Origin: an uncultured Methanosarcinaceae archaeon
Lineage (GTDB): Archaea > Halobacteriota > Methanosarcinia > Methanosarcinales > Methanosarcinaceae
Length of the DNA: 64,000 nt
Assembly: GCA_963833425.1 (NCBI GenBank)
Contig: CAWHXP010000003.1
Coordinates: forward strand, 160,001-224,000
Reading direction: 5' to 3'
Shown: in pieces, positions 1 to 11,140 of the stretch
How positions within the stretch are numbered: the stretch's first letter is position 1
Layout: each line of letters opens with the position of its first letter
The notes under the pieces: generated by a model
What the model was told of the DNA's origin: nothing
The model's database searches: none
Seen by the model: only the letters and a program-made list of their open reading frames with translations
Translations under genes and position numbers: made by a program

Positions 1-768
1 TTTATCAACAAATTGCATTATGGTTTCGTAAACCATCTCTTCAGTAATCTCGGAACCCTGTGGAAGCAGAGAAACAAGCTGGAGAGTCTGGACAGCTTTT
101 GCCACGTTTCCTTTCGCAAAATAAAGGATCGCATCCAAAGCTCCATTTGAAAGATGTACATTTTCAGCACAAGCAATTTTCTCAAGATGGTTTTCCATAA
201 TAGAATCAGAAATATATGTGAAAAATATTTGAAGACCCCTTGAACGGAGAGGAGAAATGAGTTTAGAAGGCTTCGTAGTGGACAGGATAAATCTGCATGT
301 TGAACTGTATTTTTCCATAATTCGCCTGAGTGCGTTTTGTGCATATGAACTAAGGGATTCGGCACTATCGATATAGATTAACTTATAATCAGCATCAATA
401 GAAGCCATCCCAGCATAATCATTGATAATTTCCTTGAATATATCTATTACACTTTTGTAAATTTTTTTAGGATCATCAACACCAAGAAAACGCACAAAAC
501 GCTGATCTCGGACGATATAGCGTTTACCCTGGTCAAAAAAATCTGAAGCATTGAAGTATGTAAAATTGTTTTTCCATGTACTCCCATATATTTTCCGGGC
601 AAGAGCAACAGAAGCCGTCGTTTTTCCTGAGTCCTCTGGGCCGTAAAAAATAAGGTGGGTGAGATTACCTGAATCAGCCAACTCGGAAAGCGTGGTTATT
701 GCATGTTCATTGCCGAGAAACTCTTCCAGGGTACTTGGCCTATATTTTAAAGTCCATAGATCCTGCAT
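1..768 (-). CDS. Replication factor C small-subunit family AAA+ protein, 3'-truncated by the window edge
   Basis: Manual translation from ATG 768: MQDLWTLKYRPSTLEEFLGNE...HLIFYGPEDSGKTT (Walker A)...AQNALRRIMEKYSSTCRFIL...PLRSR. Frame stays open to position 1, so it is absent from the ORF track. Confidence 0.88.
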   Translation of the reverse strand, partial: MQDLWTLKYRPSTLEEFLGNEHAITTLSELADSGNLTHLIFYGPEDSGKTTASVALARKIYGSTWKNNFTYFNASDFFDQGKRYIVRDQRFVRFLGVDDPKKIYKSVIDIFKEIINDYAGMASIDADYKLIYIDSAESLSSYAQNALRRIMEKYSSTCRFILSTTKPSKLISPLRSRGLQIFFTYISDSIMENHLEKIACAENVHLSNGALDAILYFAKGNVAKAVQTLQLVSLLPQGSEITEEMVYETIMQFVDK

Positions 769-838
769 CTATTCCACCTGTTTTTTTCAAATTTTGCCAA
801 CAATTTCAAGGAACTCCATTTTCATTTTACCGAAATGC

Positions 839-2575
839 TTACTCAGCTAGACTTTCCTTTCCTCTAGCTACTTCTACTCTTGTTTCAATTTCTCCTTTTG
901 CTTCAAGCAGTTCCTTTATAACCACACCGTAAACTGGTCTTGCAACAATTACACCAATGAATACTCCAATGATGGTAGTAATTGCAAAACCTTTCAGAGT
1001 TCCGAAACCCATTACGACGAGAGGAGCCATTGCAATAATATTCGTGGAAGCTGCACCTATAATTATCACGAAAGCCTTTCCTATTCTGGAAGAGAAGGCA
1101 TTCGTTGTTGAAGGAATTTTACCTTCATATAGCACCTCATCTGTGATGATTATAAGGTGGTCAATTCCGGTGCCTATGGAAGCGATGATACCTGCAATTG
1201 ACGACAAATCAAGCTGCCATTTGATAAGTGCCGCAACTCCAAGAATCATGATGATTTCACTGATGGAAGTTCCTACCATCGGTATCAAGATTTCAGGTCT
1301 CTTGTACCTGAAATAAACCACTGAAGCTACAGCAATCAGGGAAATCAGGCCTGCAATCACAGCTTCGGTTTTGAACTGTGCTCCAAGGCCTGCATCCACG
1401 TGCCCTGAACTTTCAAGCATGACATTGACAGGAAGAGCCCCTGCTCGAAGGTGGACCTCAAGAGCCTTTGCTTCTTTTTTTGCCGTGTCACCTGAGCCTG
1501 TGGAAGCTTCCCAGGAATATATAGGAGTTCCTCGCAATCTAGAGGCTGCATCAGGATTCAGAGGAGCTCCATATATTTTTACTTGATCTAGGTACATATT
1601 CAAATAATGTTGTTCTGGGTGATCAACGGCCCCGGTTTCGAGTGCTGCTTTTTGGAGTGCTCTGGCTCCTTCATCTGAAAGGGTGAAAGGAACATGCCAC
1701 TGATTATCATGATAGCTTATAATTTTGACATCTTCGATAGAATCACCATTAACCACATGCTGAGTTTCATTTCCTGTAGTCTGGATCCTAATCTCGAACT
1801 TACCCTGTTTATCGACTATTTCCTTGGCCGTTGCCAGATCAATGCCTGCAAAGTCGATCTGAATATAATCATCTCCTACAGTTCTGACAGGAATATCTTT
1901 CAGGCCAAATGCGTTGAGCTTATCATTAAGGATATCTCTTGTAAGGTCTCTTGTCTGAGGGCTGACCCCTTCTTTGTAAGTTGAAATTCCGTCCTGATTT
2001 TTGACAATAAACCCTCCAACTTTCTCCATAAGAGCTTCTAGATCCTTTTCAGAAATTGACTTTTTTATTTCGTAGACAGGCACATCCTTGTTACTCGTTT
2101 GAACTACTTCTGTGTCAAGAGATTTTGCGAGATAATTCCGAATAAGAAATTCTTTACTGGTAGATCCTATGGTTACTTGAGTTGTGTCTCTGCTCAGCTT
2201 GTCCACGCTTACATTGCCTCCTAATCCCAATCTCTCAATTTGGGATGCGTTAATCGGAGCAGAGGTCGTAAACGTGATATCTTTATTGGCAGATCCGCCG
2301 ACTTCTAAGTTACTATTTGTGATGTTAATAGGGGAGCCAATTGCAGGTTCTACTAACGCGCTGACTATCTTTCCAGGATTCGCATCTATCTGAGCAATCG
2401 CTCCCTCAAGTTTAATCTGAAGCCAAGATCCGCCTTCAAGGTCGAGTCCATAGTGCAGATGAGAAGTTGCTCCTTCACTGGTATAGCCGGGGTGGATAGC
2501 AAAGATAGCTACAAGAACTGCTAGTATAAAGATGATTATTCTTGGGTTTTTTAAAAGATTTTTTGCTTTATTCAT
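839..2575 (-). CDS. secD: Protein translocase subunit SecD
   Basis: GLDLEGGSW motif, LRAGALP, C-terminal TM bundle with IGTGIDHLIII and LKGFAITTIIGV; 4-nt overlap with secF. Confidence 0.95.
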   Translation of the reverse strand: MNKAKNLLKNPRIIIFILAVLVAIFAIHPGYTSEGATSHLHYGLDLEGGSWLQIKLEGAIAQIDANPGKIVSALVEPAIGSPINITNSNLEVGGSANKDITFTTSAPINASQIERLGLGGNVSVDKLSRDTTQVTIGSTSKEFLIRNYLAKSLDTEVVQTSNKDVPVYEIKKSISEKDLEALMEKVGGFIVKNQDGISTYKEGVSPQTRDLTRDILNDKLNAFGLKDIPVRTVGDDYIQIDFAGIDLATAKEIVDKQGKFEIRIQTTGNETQHVVNGDSIEDVKIISYHDNQWHVPFTLSDEGARALQKAALETGAVDHPEQHYLNMYLDQVKIYGAPLNPDAASRLRGTPIYSWEASTGSGDTAKKEAKALEVHLRAGALPVNVMLESSGHVDAGLGAQFKTEAVIAGLISLIAVASVVYFRYKRPEILIPMVGTSISEIIMILGVAALIKWQLDLSSIAGIIASIGTGIDHLIIITDEVLYEGKIPSTTNAFSSRIGKAFVIIIGAASTNIIAMAPLVVMGFGTLKGFAITTIIGVFIGVIVARPVYGVVIKELLEAKGEIETRVEVARGKESLAE

Positions 2576-3477
2576 CTGTTATACCTCCCTCCGAATTCTG
2601 GTTTCATTACATACCAGCGCAGAATTCCAGTATTCAGGAGCCAGGTATTCATAATATCTGCAAAAAGTCCTGCAATCAGCACTATCGAGATTTGAGAAAG
2701 TAGAGGAATCTGTGAGAAGGAAGGAATAATCAGATAAAGGTAAGTAGAGACTAAGTACATGACTACAAGTGCTACAAGAGCTGTGCTGGTCATTGTAACC
2801 CCTGTTTGTATAGCCCGAGAAACTTTCTCTTCTACGGTGCCTCGACGTTTAAGCACTCTATTAGTGAGCAAAATGTCACTGTCTACGGAATAACCTATAA
2901 GCATTAGCAGGGCGGCAAGTGTGCCCAAGGAAAGCTCGACCCCTGCAATCTTCATGAAACCAAGGGCAATTACGATGTCGGAAAAGGCAGAGAGTATTAC
3001 TGCAAAAGAAGGTACTGGACTTCTGAAGAGCAAGAATACTACAATGGACATTCCTATAAAGGAGATGATAAGGGCCCTAATAGCTTGTACCTGCAAAGCT
3101 TGGCCATAGACAGGCCCTATTTGGCTAATTTCCACATTCGAATATCGGCTCATGACATCTTTTTCCAGCTGGCGTTGTTTTTCGTTGTCCATGACACCAA
3201 AATCCATGATGATCCTGCTACCAGCCTGCCGAGCATCGATGATGTGGTAAGAAGAATACGCTTCTTTAAGCGCAGCAGGAGAATTGATCGTTTCTATAGA
3301 AACCTGTGTGCCGCCCTGGAATTCCATTCCCATAGTTACCGGCGACCCGCTGCTCAAAAAAGAAACTAGCAGTATAATTAGAGAAACTGCGAGTATCGCA
3401 AGAGGGAATGCCAGCAACTGGCGATTATCGTGATTTTTCACGAAATTATCTAAAAATTCAGTCAAACCTGTTGCCAT
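2572..3477 (-). CDS. secF: Protein translocase subunit SecF
   Basis: GMEFQGGT, IGYSVDSDILL, multiple TM segments; adjacent to secD. Confidence 0.95.
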   Translation of the reverse strand: MATGLTEFLDNFVKNHDNRQLLAFPLAILAVSLIILLVSFLSSGSPVTMGMEFQGGTQVSIETINSPAALKEAYSSYHIIDARQAGSRIIMDFGVMDNEKQRQLEKDVMSRYSNVEISQIGPVYGQALQVQAIRALIISFIGMSIVVFLLFRSPVPSFAVILSAFSDIVIALGFMKIAGVELSLGTLAALLMLIGYSVDSDILLTNRVLKRRGTVEEKVSRAIQTGVTMTSTALVALVVMYLVSTYLYLIIPSFSQIPLLSQISIVLIAGLFADIMNTWLLNTGILRWYVMKPEFGGRYNR

Positions 3478-3844
3478 AATTTAATACTCCGGATGCATGT
3501 ATCTATCGTTTATCAAACTTATCCGAATAACTTTTCACATCGAGATATCTGATTACAATGTATAATTCAGAATCATTGATATTCATAGTCAGATTTATTA
3601 GATTATTCTGAATAAGGTTTTATTAATAATCAAATTCAAATTTGGATATACTGTTATGGTATCTTAATGTTGTAACTGAGTAAATTTTTTAATTTTATAT
3701 TCTCAAAGATTAATATCAAATTTTTCTTTGAAAGGCAATTCTTCCCTATACACCGTTATTTCATTCCACTTAAATTTAACTCTTGAAAATGCTACAAGTT
3801 CTAACGTCACAGCTATATATACCAGTTACTGTTCATTAAAAATA

Positions 3845-4339
3845 ATGACAGAAAGACCTTCCCTTGACGAATATTTCCTTGAAATCGCCTTCGTGGTAGG
3901 AAAAAGAGCCACATGCCTCCGAAATAATGTAGGAGCAGTTGTTGTTAGAGATAAACGTATACTCTCAACTGGGTATAACGGCGCTCCAAGTGGCATGGAA
4001 CACTGCATTGAAATCGGATGTATCCGGGACCTGGAGAATATCCCTTCAGGCACTCGACACGAGAAATGTAGGGCAGTGCATGCGGAACAGAATGCCATCA
4101 TTCAGGCTGCAATCCACGGGGTGAGCATATCAGGGGCAACTATCTATTGCACACATCGACCTTGTATTCTTTGCACTAAAATGATTATCAATTCAAATAT
4201 CGAAAGGGTTGTATATGCAACTCTTTATCCTGATATCGATTCAGTTGATTTTTTCAAGGACGCATGTGTAAAAGTGGAACATTTACCTTTTGAAATTAAA
4301 TATGAAGATTCGGCAAAAATCAAACCTACAAGGTTATAA
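3845..4339 (+). CDS. Deoxycytidylate (dCMP) deaminase family protein
   Basis: Likely start ATG 3845 ([11 protein letters not shown]); TGYNG, HAEQNAI and PCILC Zn-binding motifs. Confidence 0.9.
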   Translation: MTERPSLDEYFLEIAFVVGKRATCLRNNVGAVVVRDKRILSTGYNGAPSGMEHCIEIGCIRDLENIPSGTRHEKCRAVHAEQNAIIQAAIHGVSISGATIYCTHRPCILCTKMIINSNIERVVYATLYPDIDSVDFFKDACVKVEHLPFEIKYEDSAKIKPTRL

Positions 4340-4727
4340 CATACCTTTTGTACTCACCTATACAGAAGTAGTTCTCCGTGGGAGATCCTAAATGATTTAA
4401 TCAATTTTATGATTCATTAGACCAAGCTCAAAACCATTGGGCCTTCAGCTGAGTGGTAGTTTATATATATCTAAACTGACATTCCGCAAATTTACACAAA
4501 TGTAAATTTAGTTGTCCATTTGCACGCCTTTTAGCCATCGAAAGTTAAATTAATTTATAAGCTGCCATCACATTGAGAAAATAGATGGCATTGACGCATA
4601 CATCTGTAAAAAGTGGATTTAATTTTAATTATTCAAAATCATTTGTTTGATAAGATTTATTAACCCAAAATTCACCAAGTACATGCATTCATTATAATTA
4701 GTCAGAAATCTGAATTTTTTCTTTATA

Positions 4728-4813
4728 GAAAATTTAGATAAACCTCCTAAATTTATCATATATTTATAGAAGATACCTAACTACTGTGAAAATAAGAGGT
4801 TAATCGAAATTTA
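4728..4813. mobile_element. ~88-bp IS5-type MITE (degenerate)
   Basis: Ends GAAAATTTAGATAAAC / GTTAATCGAAATTTA resemble the TIR of the IS5 element at 17254-18385; interior similar to other copies. Confidence 0.55.
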
Positions 4814-4860
4814 TAATACCCAATTTGGGATTATTTCGTCATCTTACAGGAGACTTACTT

Positions 4861-6105
4861 TTGGGAACGATTAGCGAAAAAATACTTTCCCGAGCATCGG
4901 GTACAGTGGCAAAGGCAAATGATTTCGTGATAGCAAATATAGACTATTCAATGGCGCATGATGGTACGTCGGTTCTTACCGTAAATGCTTTTAAGGAACT
5001 GGGGAGGGATAAAGTATGGGATCCGTCTAGGGTCATAATTCCTTTTGACCATATTTCACCTGCGAACAATGAGACATCAGCTACCTTGCAAAAAGAGATC
5101 CGGGAGTGGGTGAAGGAACAGGGTATCAATAATTTTTATGATGTTGGGGAGGGAATCTGCCATCAGTTACTCCCTGAAAAAGGCTTTGCCCTCCCTGGGA
5201 AATTGATCATAGGGGCTGACTCTCATTCCTGCACTTATGGAGCTTTCGGGGCTTTTGCTACAGGAGTTGGGGCTACTGATATGGCTGAGATTTTCGCTAC
5301 TGGTAAGCTCTGGTTCAAAGTACCAGAAAGTTTAAAGATTACTGTTGAAGGCAGTCTTAAAGTTGGGGTCTGTGCAAAAGACCTTATTCTTTACATCATC
5401 GGGAAGATCGGAATTGATGGTGCCACCTATAAAGCTGTCGAGTTCTATGGGCAAGCGGTTAACGAACTTTCGGTTGCTGGAAGGATGACACTCTGCAATA
5501 TGGCAATCGAGATGGGGGCAAAGTTAGGAATTGTCGCACCAGACGAAAAAATCTTCGAATTTTTGAAAAATAGAGCAGTTGCTTTTTACGAACCTATCTA
5601 TGCCGATCAAGATGCTTGTTATGTAGAAGAATTCACCTATCATGCTGATAATATTGAACCTCAGATAGCCTGTCCGCATCAGGTAGACAATGTAAAACCT
5701 GTTGGAGAGGTCGAAGGCACTCATATAGATCAGGTCTTTATCGGGACATGCACTAATGGTAGGCTTGAAGATATTGAAATAGTAGCAGCTATCCTGAAAG
5801 GGAAAAAGGTTGCAGTTAGGACTATTGTAATTCCTGCATCCCGCACTATTCTCCTTGAAGCAGTTGAAAATGGGACTATAGAAACTCTGCTGAAAGCAGG
5901 GGTGACTCTTGTAACTCCTGGATGTGGGCCCTGTCTTGGTGCTCATCAAGGAGTACTTGGGGAAAGCGAAGTTTGTATCTCAACAGCAAATCGAAATTTC
6001 AAAGGTCGGATGGGAAGAGATGGTTTTATTTATCTCGCGTCTCCCGCTACTGCAGCTGCTTCTTCGCTAACAGGCGAAATTACTGACCCAAGAAAAATTA
6101 ACTAG
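4861..6105 (+). CDS. hacA: Homoaconitase / 3-isopropylmalate dehydratase large subunit
   Basis: TTG start after [51 protein letters not shown] motifs. hacA versus leuC is inferred from recalled Methanosarcina paralogues. Confidence 0.8.
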   Translation: MGTISEKILSRASGTVAKANDFVIANIDYSMAHDGTSVLTVNAFKELGRDKVWDPSRVIIPFDHISPANNETSATLQKEIREWVKEQGINNFYDVGEGICHQLLPEKGFALPGKLIIGADSHSCTYGAFGAFATGVGATDMAEIFATGKLWFKVPESLKITVEGSLKVGVCAKDLILYIIGKIGIDGATYKAVEFYGQAVNELSVAGRMTLCNMAIEMGAKLGIVAPDEKIFEFLKNRAVAFYEPIYADQDACYVEEFTYHADNIEPQIACPHQVDNVKPVGEVEGTHIDQVFIGTCTNGRLEDIEIVAAILKGKKVAVRTIVIPASRTILLEAVENGTIETLLKAGVTLVTPGCGPCLGAHQGVLGESEVCISTANRNFKGRMGRDGFIYLASPATAAASSLTGEITDPRKIN

Positions 6106-6236
6106 GAAATATTTGAATCGAAGGTCTTTTAATCTGAGATGTGTTGCAGAGCTTATTCAACGATTTAAAAATTTGATTTAAATCCAGTGGGGATTTATAG
6201 AATGAATTGCATATACCTGAACAGGAGGGACTAACT

Positions 6237-6455
6237 ATGACTGAAGAATGTAGTCATGAAAATCTTTCACATTTGATTGAACACTGGATTGAACATAACG
6301 AAAGCCATATCAAAAATTTTAAAGAATGGGCTCAGAAAGCCAAAAAAGATGGTTTTCTTGAAGCTTCTGAAGATATCCTTGAAGCTGCCGATAAAATCGA
6401 GGAAGCAAGTGAGTATCTTAAAAAGGCAAAAGAAGGACTTTTCCACATTCATTAA
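6237..6455 (+). CDS. Small His-rich helical protein (72 aa), possible metal-binding protein
   Basis: GGAGG RBS then ATG 6237; HLIEHWIEHNESH...EWAQKA...FHIH. Confidence 0.75.
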   Translation: MTEECSHENLSHLIEHWIEHNESHIKNFKEWAQKAKKDGFLEASEDILEAADKIEEASEYLKKAKEGLFHIH

Positions 6456-7099
6456 AATATACGAGAATCTAGTGATAGTAATTAACTATTTCATCTAACG
6501 TGCCGGAATTTTCTGGCACTATATTTTGTTTTTCGTTTTTTTATACAATTCATATTTCAGAATACTCCTCAAGCAGCAATTTCCTTTAATTTTTTAAATT
6601 TGGGTAAAATTTATAATTGTTAGTATATGCTTGATTTTGAGACTTCGTTTATTAATCACTGCTTTTTTCGGGAAAGAGTACAATTTCAATCTTTCATACT
6701 AAATGTGCGTTCCAGATTACAAGATTGACGTCTTAAAAGATTTAACGTCAGTAAATAATATAATATCAATTTTGAATCCATTATTTTATAGAGAATTTTG
6801 ATAAATTTCTGATGCTCAAGATTCATTTATTTATCATTCTAAGAACACGAATTTATTATTTATAAGGAGATGAATAAAGTTAGTGTTTATCTAAATTCCC
6901 TTTTATTCTCTTGCTGGTGTATTTTTGCATTTAACTTATTTTCGTTTTCATACACTAATCTACCGTGCTCTTCGCAAGGATTAAAATGGGTGAAGTCAAG
7001 CATCATTAGATTTATCAGGACTCTATTTTTAAAATGAGAATAAACTTCTTCGAATAACGGGCACAAACAAGTAAAAGTACTTTCATCTTACCCTTTTTA

Positions 7100-7498
7100 C
7101 TGCTGATTTCATCATTACCTTAGTAGGTAGATTGTTCTGGATTTGTTTTTTGAAAACTTTCGAAAACTGATCAGTGAATTGGCATCAATGGCTATATGAC
7201 TTTTATTAATGGTGTAAAATTCGTTTTTTTGGTAATTCCACTACCGAGTAAAATATTAGTTTAAATTGTCAGAAATAGTGGATAAGTCTTATGGTTTAGA
7301 CGTTACACTTTTTTTAAATTGCTACTATTTCTCAGTATATCGGGTGAAAAACAGTTGCAACTTTTCTAGATATATGATGATGGAATTTTAGCTCGTAAAA
7401 GTCGGGTTATACTATAAAATATGATGTTATTTGATATGAATCAACACCTGATTTTTAGTTTCCTGTTTAGGATTCATTGATAAAGCTTACCTGTCACA
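7100..7498 (+). mobile_element. IS110-family left end plus degenerate transposase N-terminus (copy A)
   Basis: From 7266 reads LSEIVDKSYGLDV, then frameshifted IATI..S...GEKQLQ...DDGILA...YEST.DF; homologous to 42142-42384 and 43995-44293. Confidence 0.65.
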
Positions 7499-7586
7499 GA
7501 GAATTTCGATGAACCCGCATATTTCGTCATACACTTATGCTTGTGCATAAACGATTCGTTAAAATCAAAGTTTTATCGAAATCTTC
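7499..7586. mobile_element. 88-bp IS5-type MITE
   Basis: TIRs GAGAATTTCGATGAAC / TTTTATCGAAATCTTC. Confidence 0.7.
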
Positions 7587-8241
7587 TATGGTTAGAAATT
7601 TTCGAGATATTGAGGCGCTTATGCATAAAAAACAGGTAAAGTATATTCGGAATTTATTGCACAATTTGAGCTTAATAATATTTATTCGGCCATCAAGAGT
7701 TTTCTCAAGATATCATCAAAATTTCGCTCCTATGTTCGACTTCGTTACAATTTTGTATATTTTGATGACATTAAAAATAAAAGGAGTATTTGAGGATGGC
7801 GGTAGCTATTTTTAAAATCAACGAATAACGAACCCGAACAGAAAATAAAATCGTGTCAAATACAAAAATTAGCAGAAAAATTTTAAACAGGATTCCAGGA
7901 AAAAATATCGGTAAATTGGAACTTATCCTTTCGTTCAGATTATAATCATCTCGACGATTAACTGCGCTTTTCAAAGTGTTGACTAAGATTATGTTGTCTA
8001 GATATGTGAATATTCCTTTGTCACCATAATTGCAATAAATTCAAAGCCAAGATATAAGAAAAAGTCTCAAATTGGTAGCAAAAAGTTCATAACTTTTATC
8101 CACGTTTGAGGCATGAAAAAAGTACTACTGCCTAATAGTTCATCTCATTATTTTCAATGAGTTTTTAAGTAGTTTATATATGTTGGTTACTCATACAATG
8201 GAAATTGCATAGGATAACATAAACCCACTTAAGGAGTTAAC

Positions 8242-8790
8242 ATGATCCCTAAAAAAGCGTTTGTGACAAAAGGTACCGGGGTGCATAAGGACAGATTAGC
8301 ATCTTTTGAGCTTGCACTGAGGGCTGCTGGAATAGAAAAATACAACCTTGTAAGTGTTTCAAGCATTCTACCTCCAAATTGTAAAATCGTACCTAAGGAA
8401 GAAGGACTTTTACAGCTAAAACCTGGTGGCATTGTCCATTGTGTGCTTGCAAGGAATGATACTAACGAACCACATCGTTTGATGGCTTCAGCTATAGGAA
8501 CTGCTCTTCCAGTAAATGAAGAAAATTACGGTTATATTTCTGAACATCATTCTTTTGGAGAAGAAGAAATTATTGCTGGAGAATATGCGGAAGACCTGGC
8601 AGCAACAATGCTTGCAACTACTTTAGGGATAGAGTTTAATGCTGAAATGGCCTGGCATGAGAGAGAGCAGGTGTATAAAGCTAGTGGTCACATATTTGAC
8701 TCTTTCCACATTTGTCAGACTGCAAAAGGCGATAAAGATGGTAAATGGACAACAGTAGTAGCTGCAATGGTCTTTGTTACTACAAACTAA
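8242..8790 (+). CDS. pdaD: Pyruvoyl-dependent arginine decarboxylase
   Basis: SFELALRAAGIEKYNLVSVSSILPP with the SS self-cleavage site; AGGAG RBS. Confidence 0.93.
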   Translation: MIPKKAFVTKGTGVHKDRLASFELALRAAGIEKYNLVSVSSILPPNCKIVPKEEGLLQLKPGGIVHCVLARNDTNEPHRLMASAIGTALPVNEENYGYISEHHSFGEEEIIAGEYAEDLAATMLATTLGIEFNAEMAWHEREQVYKASGHIFDSFHICQTAKGDKDGKWTTVVAAMVFVTTN

Positions 8791-8799
8791 AGAATGAGA

Positions 8800-8939
8800 C
8801 TAGTGGCATTATGCTTAATTTTCGATAAGATAAAAAATTTAAATAATTTGTTGAGTAGGTAATTTCAATATCGAAAGCCAAATTAGACACATAATGCAAA
8901 AATTTAATTTATAATTTACAGAAAATTCGAGACACTACC
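8800..8939. mobile_element. Possible IS1-type MITE (about 140 bp)
   Basis: Ends CTAGTGGCATT and TCGAGACACTACC (revcomp GGTAGTGTCTCGA); similar ends at 40894-40997. Confidence 0.4.
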
Positions 8940-9569
8940 GAAAGAGGGAATTAAAGAAAAATATAGGGCTAGAATGGTAGCAGGCTTTGCACATTATTTC
9001 CCTCAACTTTTTCAATATCACAATCATAATTTCGATGTCTCATCAAACTGCAGTGGTTGGGTATGTTCACACCACTAATCCGAATATCTATAAATTGTTC
9101 AAAGTCAAATTATTTCATTTGCATGCATGCTTTTTTTGCGTCATTTTCTAGAGGTTTATCCGTTTTTGCATGGACAGTACGTTATGGATAAAAACATTCC
9201 AAAATTGTTCCCTTTTTTATTTTCAAACCAAAACAATTAAGTTAGCTTTGTAAATGCCCAAATATTCATTTCTTTTTTGCAGTTATCAATATTTTTTCCC
9301 CTGAATTACTAGTCTGTGGTACCGTGTGGTACGTACTCAGGAAAACAAATAAATTTACTGAAGAAATTCGATCAATATACCGTCATCAAGTTCAAAGTCG
9401 GAAAAATCCCTAACACTGCTGTAAAATAAGTATTTCAAGTATAATGATTAATCAGCTTCATGTCTGCCTCTGGAAACTTTTTTGTTAAAATATGAACTCA
9501 AAAATGATACAAAAAATTCCGATTAATTAAGGAATCAATTTCAGCAAGTTTATCTACAACTAACTAAAT

Positions 9570-10186
9570 ATAAACCTGCATAAGTACCGCTGGAAACCCT
9601 AAAACCAGCCATAGAGAAATAAGGAATCTTTTCAAAACTTGTGTTCTTGGTGTTCAGTATGGACTTGGTGCAGAGGCTCTTGCATTAAAAATTAATAAAT
9701 CAACCCCATGTGCAAGGGAACTTTTGAGCCATCATAAGCGTTTATAAAAAAATTTGGATATGGGGTAATAGCGAATGGACTCAAGCGTGCCTTAGGAGAA
9801 CGATCGATACCTGTTTCAAATGGCGAATGGCTGTAAAAGGCCCCTGTAGAGAGGAATTGTTAACTGTAAGAAACTCTCCTGTTCAAGCAACAGGAGAAGA
9901 GATCTAAGAGTTGCCTGTTTTCGTCTCACTGAAAATAATATCAAATTAATTGCGCTGATCCATGATGCAATGATAATTGAATGTGAAGAAGAAACAGCAG
10001 ATGAAGGGATTTAAAAAGCTCGGAAAATAATGTCAGATGCTGCTGAAGTGGTGCTTGGATTAGGAAATCGGTTAAGAACTGAAGCTGAAATCACACTACC
10101 TGGACAGATACATAGTTAAAAAAGCAACTGAAACTTGGCGTTTGATCATGAAGATTTTAGAAGAGATTAAAGAAGAAAGAATATAG
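9570..10186 (+). pseudogene. Family A DNA polymerase, C-terminal half (pseudogene)
   Basis: 9601: KTSHREIRNLFKTCVLGVQYGLGAEALA (motif B); about 9860: TVRNSPVQATG; about 9950: LIALIHDAMIIE (motif C); ends TWRLIMKILEEIKEERI*. Several stops and frameshifts. Confidence 0.8.
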
Positions 10187-10226
10187 GGAAGACTAATTTC
10201 AATAATTTCCGTTTGGTCTAATCTTT

Positions 10227-10271
10227 GAATTTAGCTGCAGAGCAATATTAATTAGCTGCGCAGCTAAATTC
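10227..10271. repeat. Nested inverted repeat / palindrome
   Basis: GAATTTAGCTGC (10227-10238) pairs with GCAGCTAAATTC (10260-10271); perfect 16-bp palindrome TTAGCTGCGCAGCTAA at 10252-10267. Confidence 0.8.
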
Positions 10272-10897
10272 TAAAGCCTTCTAATACCTGTTTTACTACT
10301 TATATATCTCTAATATATCTCTTTTTTTCTTCTTGATATTTAAAAATAATATTAAACGGGGTAAAATGATTGTTGAATTCTAAAGATAAAATAAAAGGAT
10401 ATTTCATACCCCAGATGCCTTCAGAATGGATTGTAAAGTTACAGTCCACTTCAGTGGGGCATACATACAGAGTGGCTATGTATATTTGACACTTAAAAGG
10501 GTGAAGAAATCTAAAATTTAGTAGTCACCTTAAAAGGTATAAATTCATTTTTACCTATTCCAGATTGGGCTTGTCCGAAAGCATTGGACGAATTAGAAAA
10601 ATGTGAGATGAGAAAAACGATACGAAAGCGCGGTAAAATTCCCACTGTATCTGTTTTATGCGACAATTGTTATGAAGATTATCCCACTTTAAAAATCCAT
10701 GATAAGTTAGGATCACGCATTTGAAATAAGAATCAAATACTTTAGACATTGTAATGTAATCAAAAAAGAACAAGCACAATAAATGCTGCAGTTTAAATTT
10801 GAAAGTTAGATATATAAGGGTTCTTGCTATTAATTTTTTAGTCCAATTGCATAAATTCTATACCTATTATGTCATTTTTGTAAAATTTGACGTTTTT

Positions 10898-11140
10898 TTA
10901 TTTTTTAAGTTCCCATGTAAGCGTTACGTTGATATTAGCTTCTAGGCTTGCCTTAGTTATTAACGCATTTCCCTCGCTAGTGAGCTTTAGACCAAATGTT
11001 GACTCTACCTTAGATGGTCTGGTACTCTCAGGAACTTAATTCATTGTGGCTACTATGTATGTCGCCATTTGATGTATTGTATTCATTGCACTATTTAGAG
11101 CTTCAGCCGATTTATCTTCAATCTCTTTCAGTGAAATTAT
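10898..11140 (-). pseudogene. Trypsin-co-occurring domain 1 (Trypco1 / CU044_2847-like) fragment
   Basis: ISLKEIEDKSAEALNSAMNTIHQMATYIVATMN*VPESTRPSKVESTFGLKLTSEGNALITKASLEANINVTLTWELKK*; the P..VE..FGLKL..E....I.KAS.EAN..VTLTW signature is characteristic. One internal TAA, N-terminus missing. Confidence 0.75.

Noticed and set aside
18..3369. Short alternative-frame and antisense ORFs (18-365, 659-850, 957-1316, 1371-1586 etc.)
   Set aside because: Shadows of rfc, secD and secF; the same applies to short ORFs overlapping other confident genes.
7537..7974. ORFs 7537-7815 and 7771-7974
   Set aside because: First starts inside a MITE; neither has motifs or an RBS.
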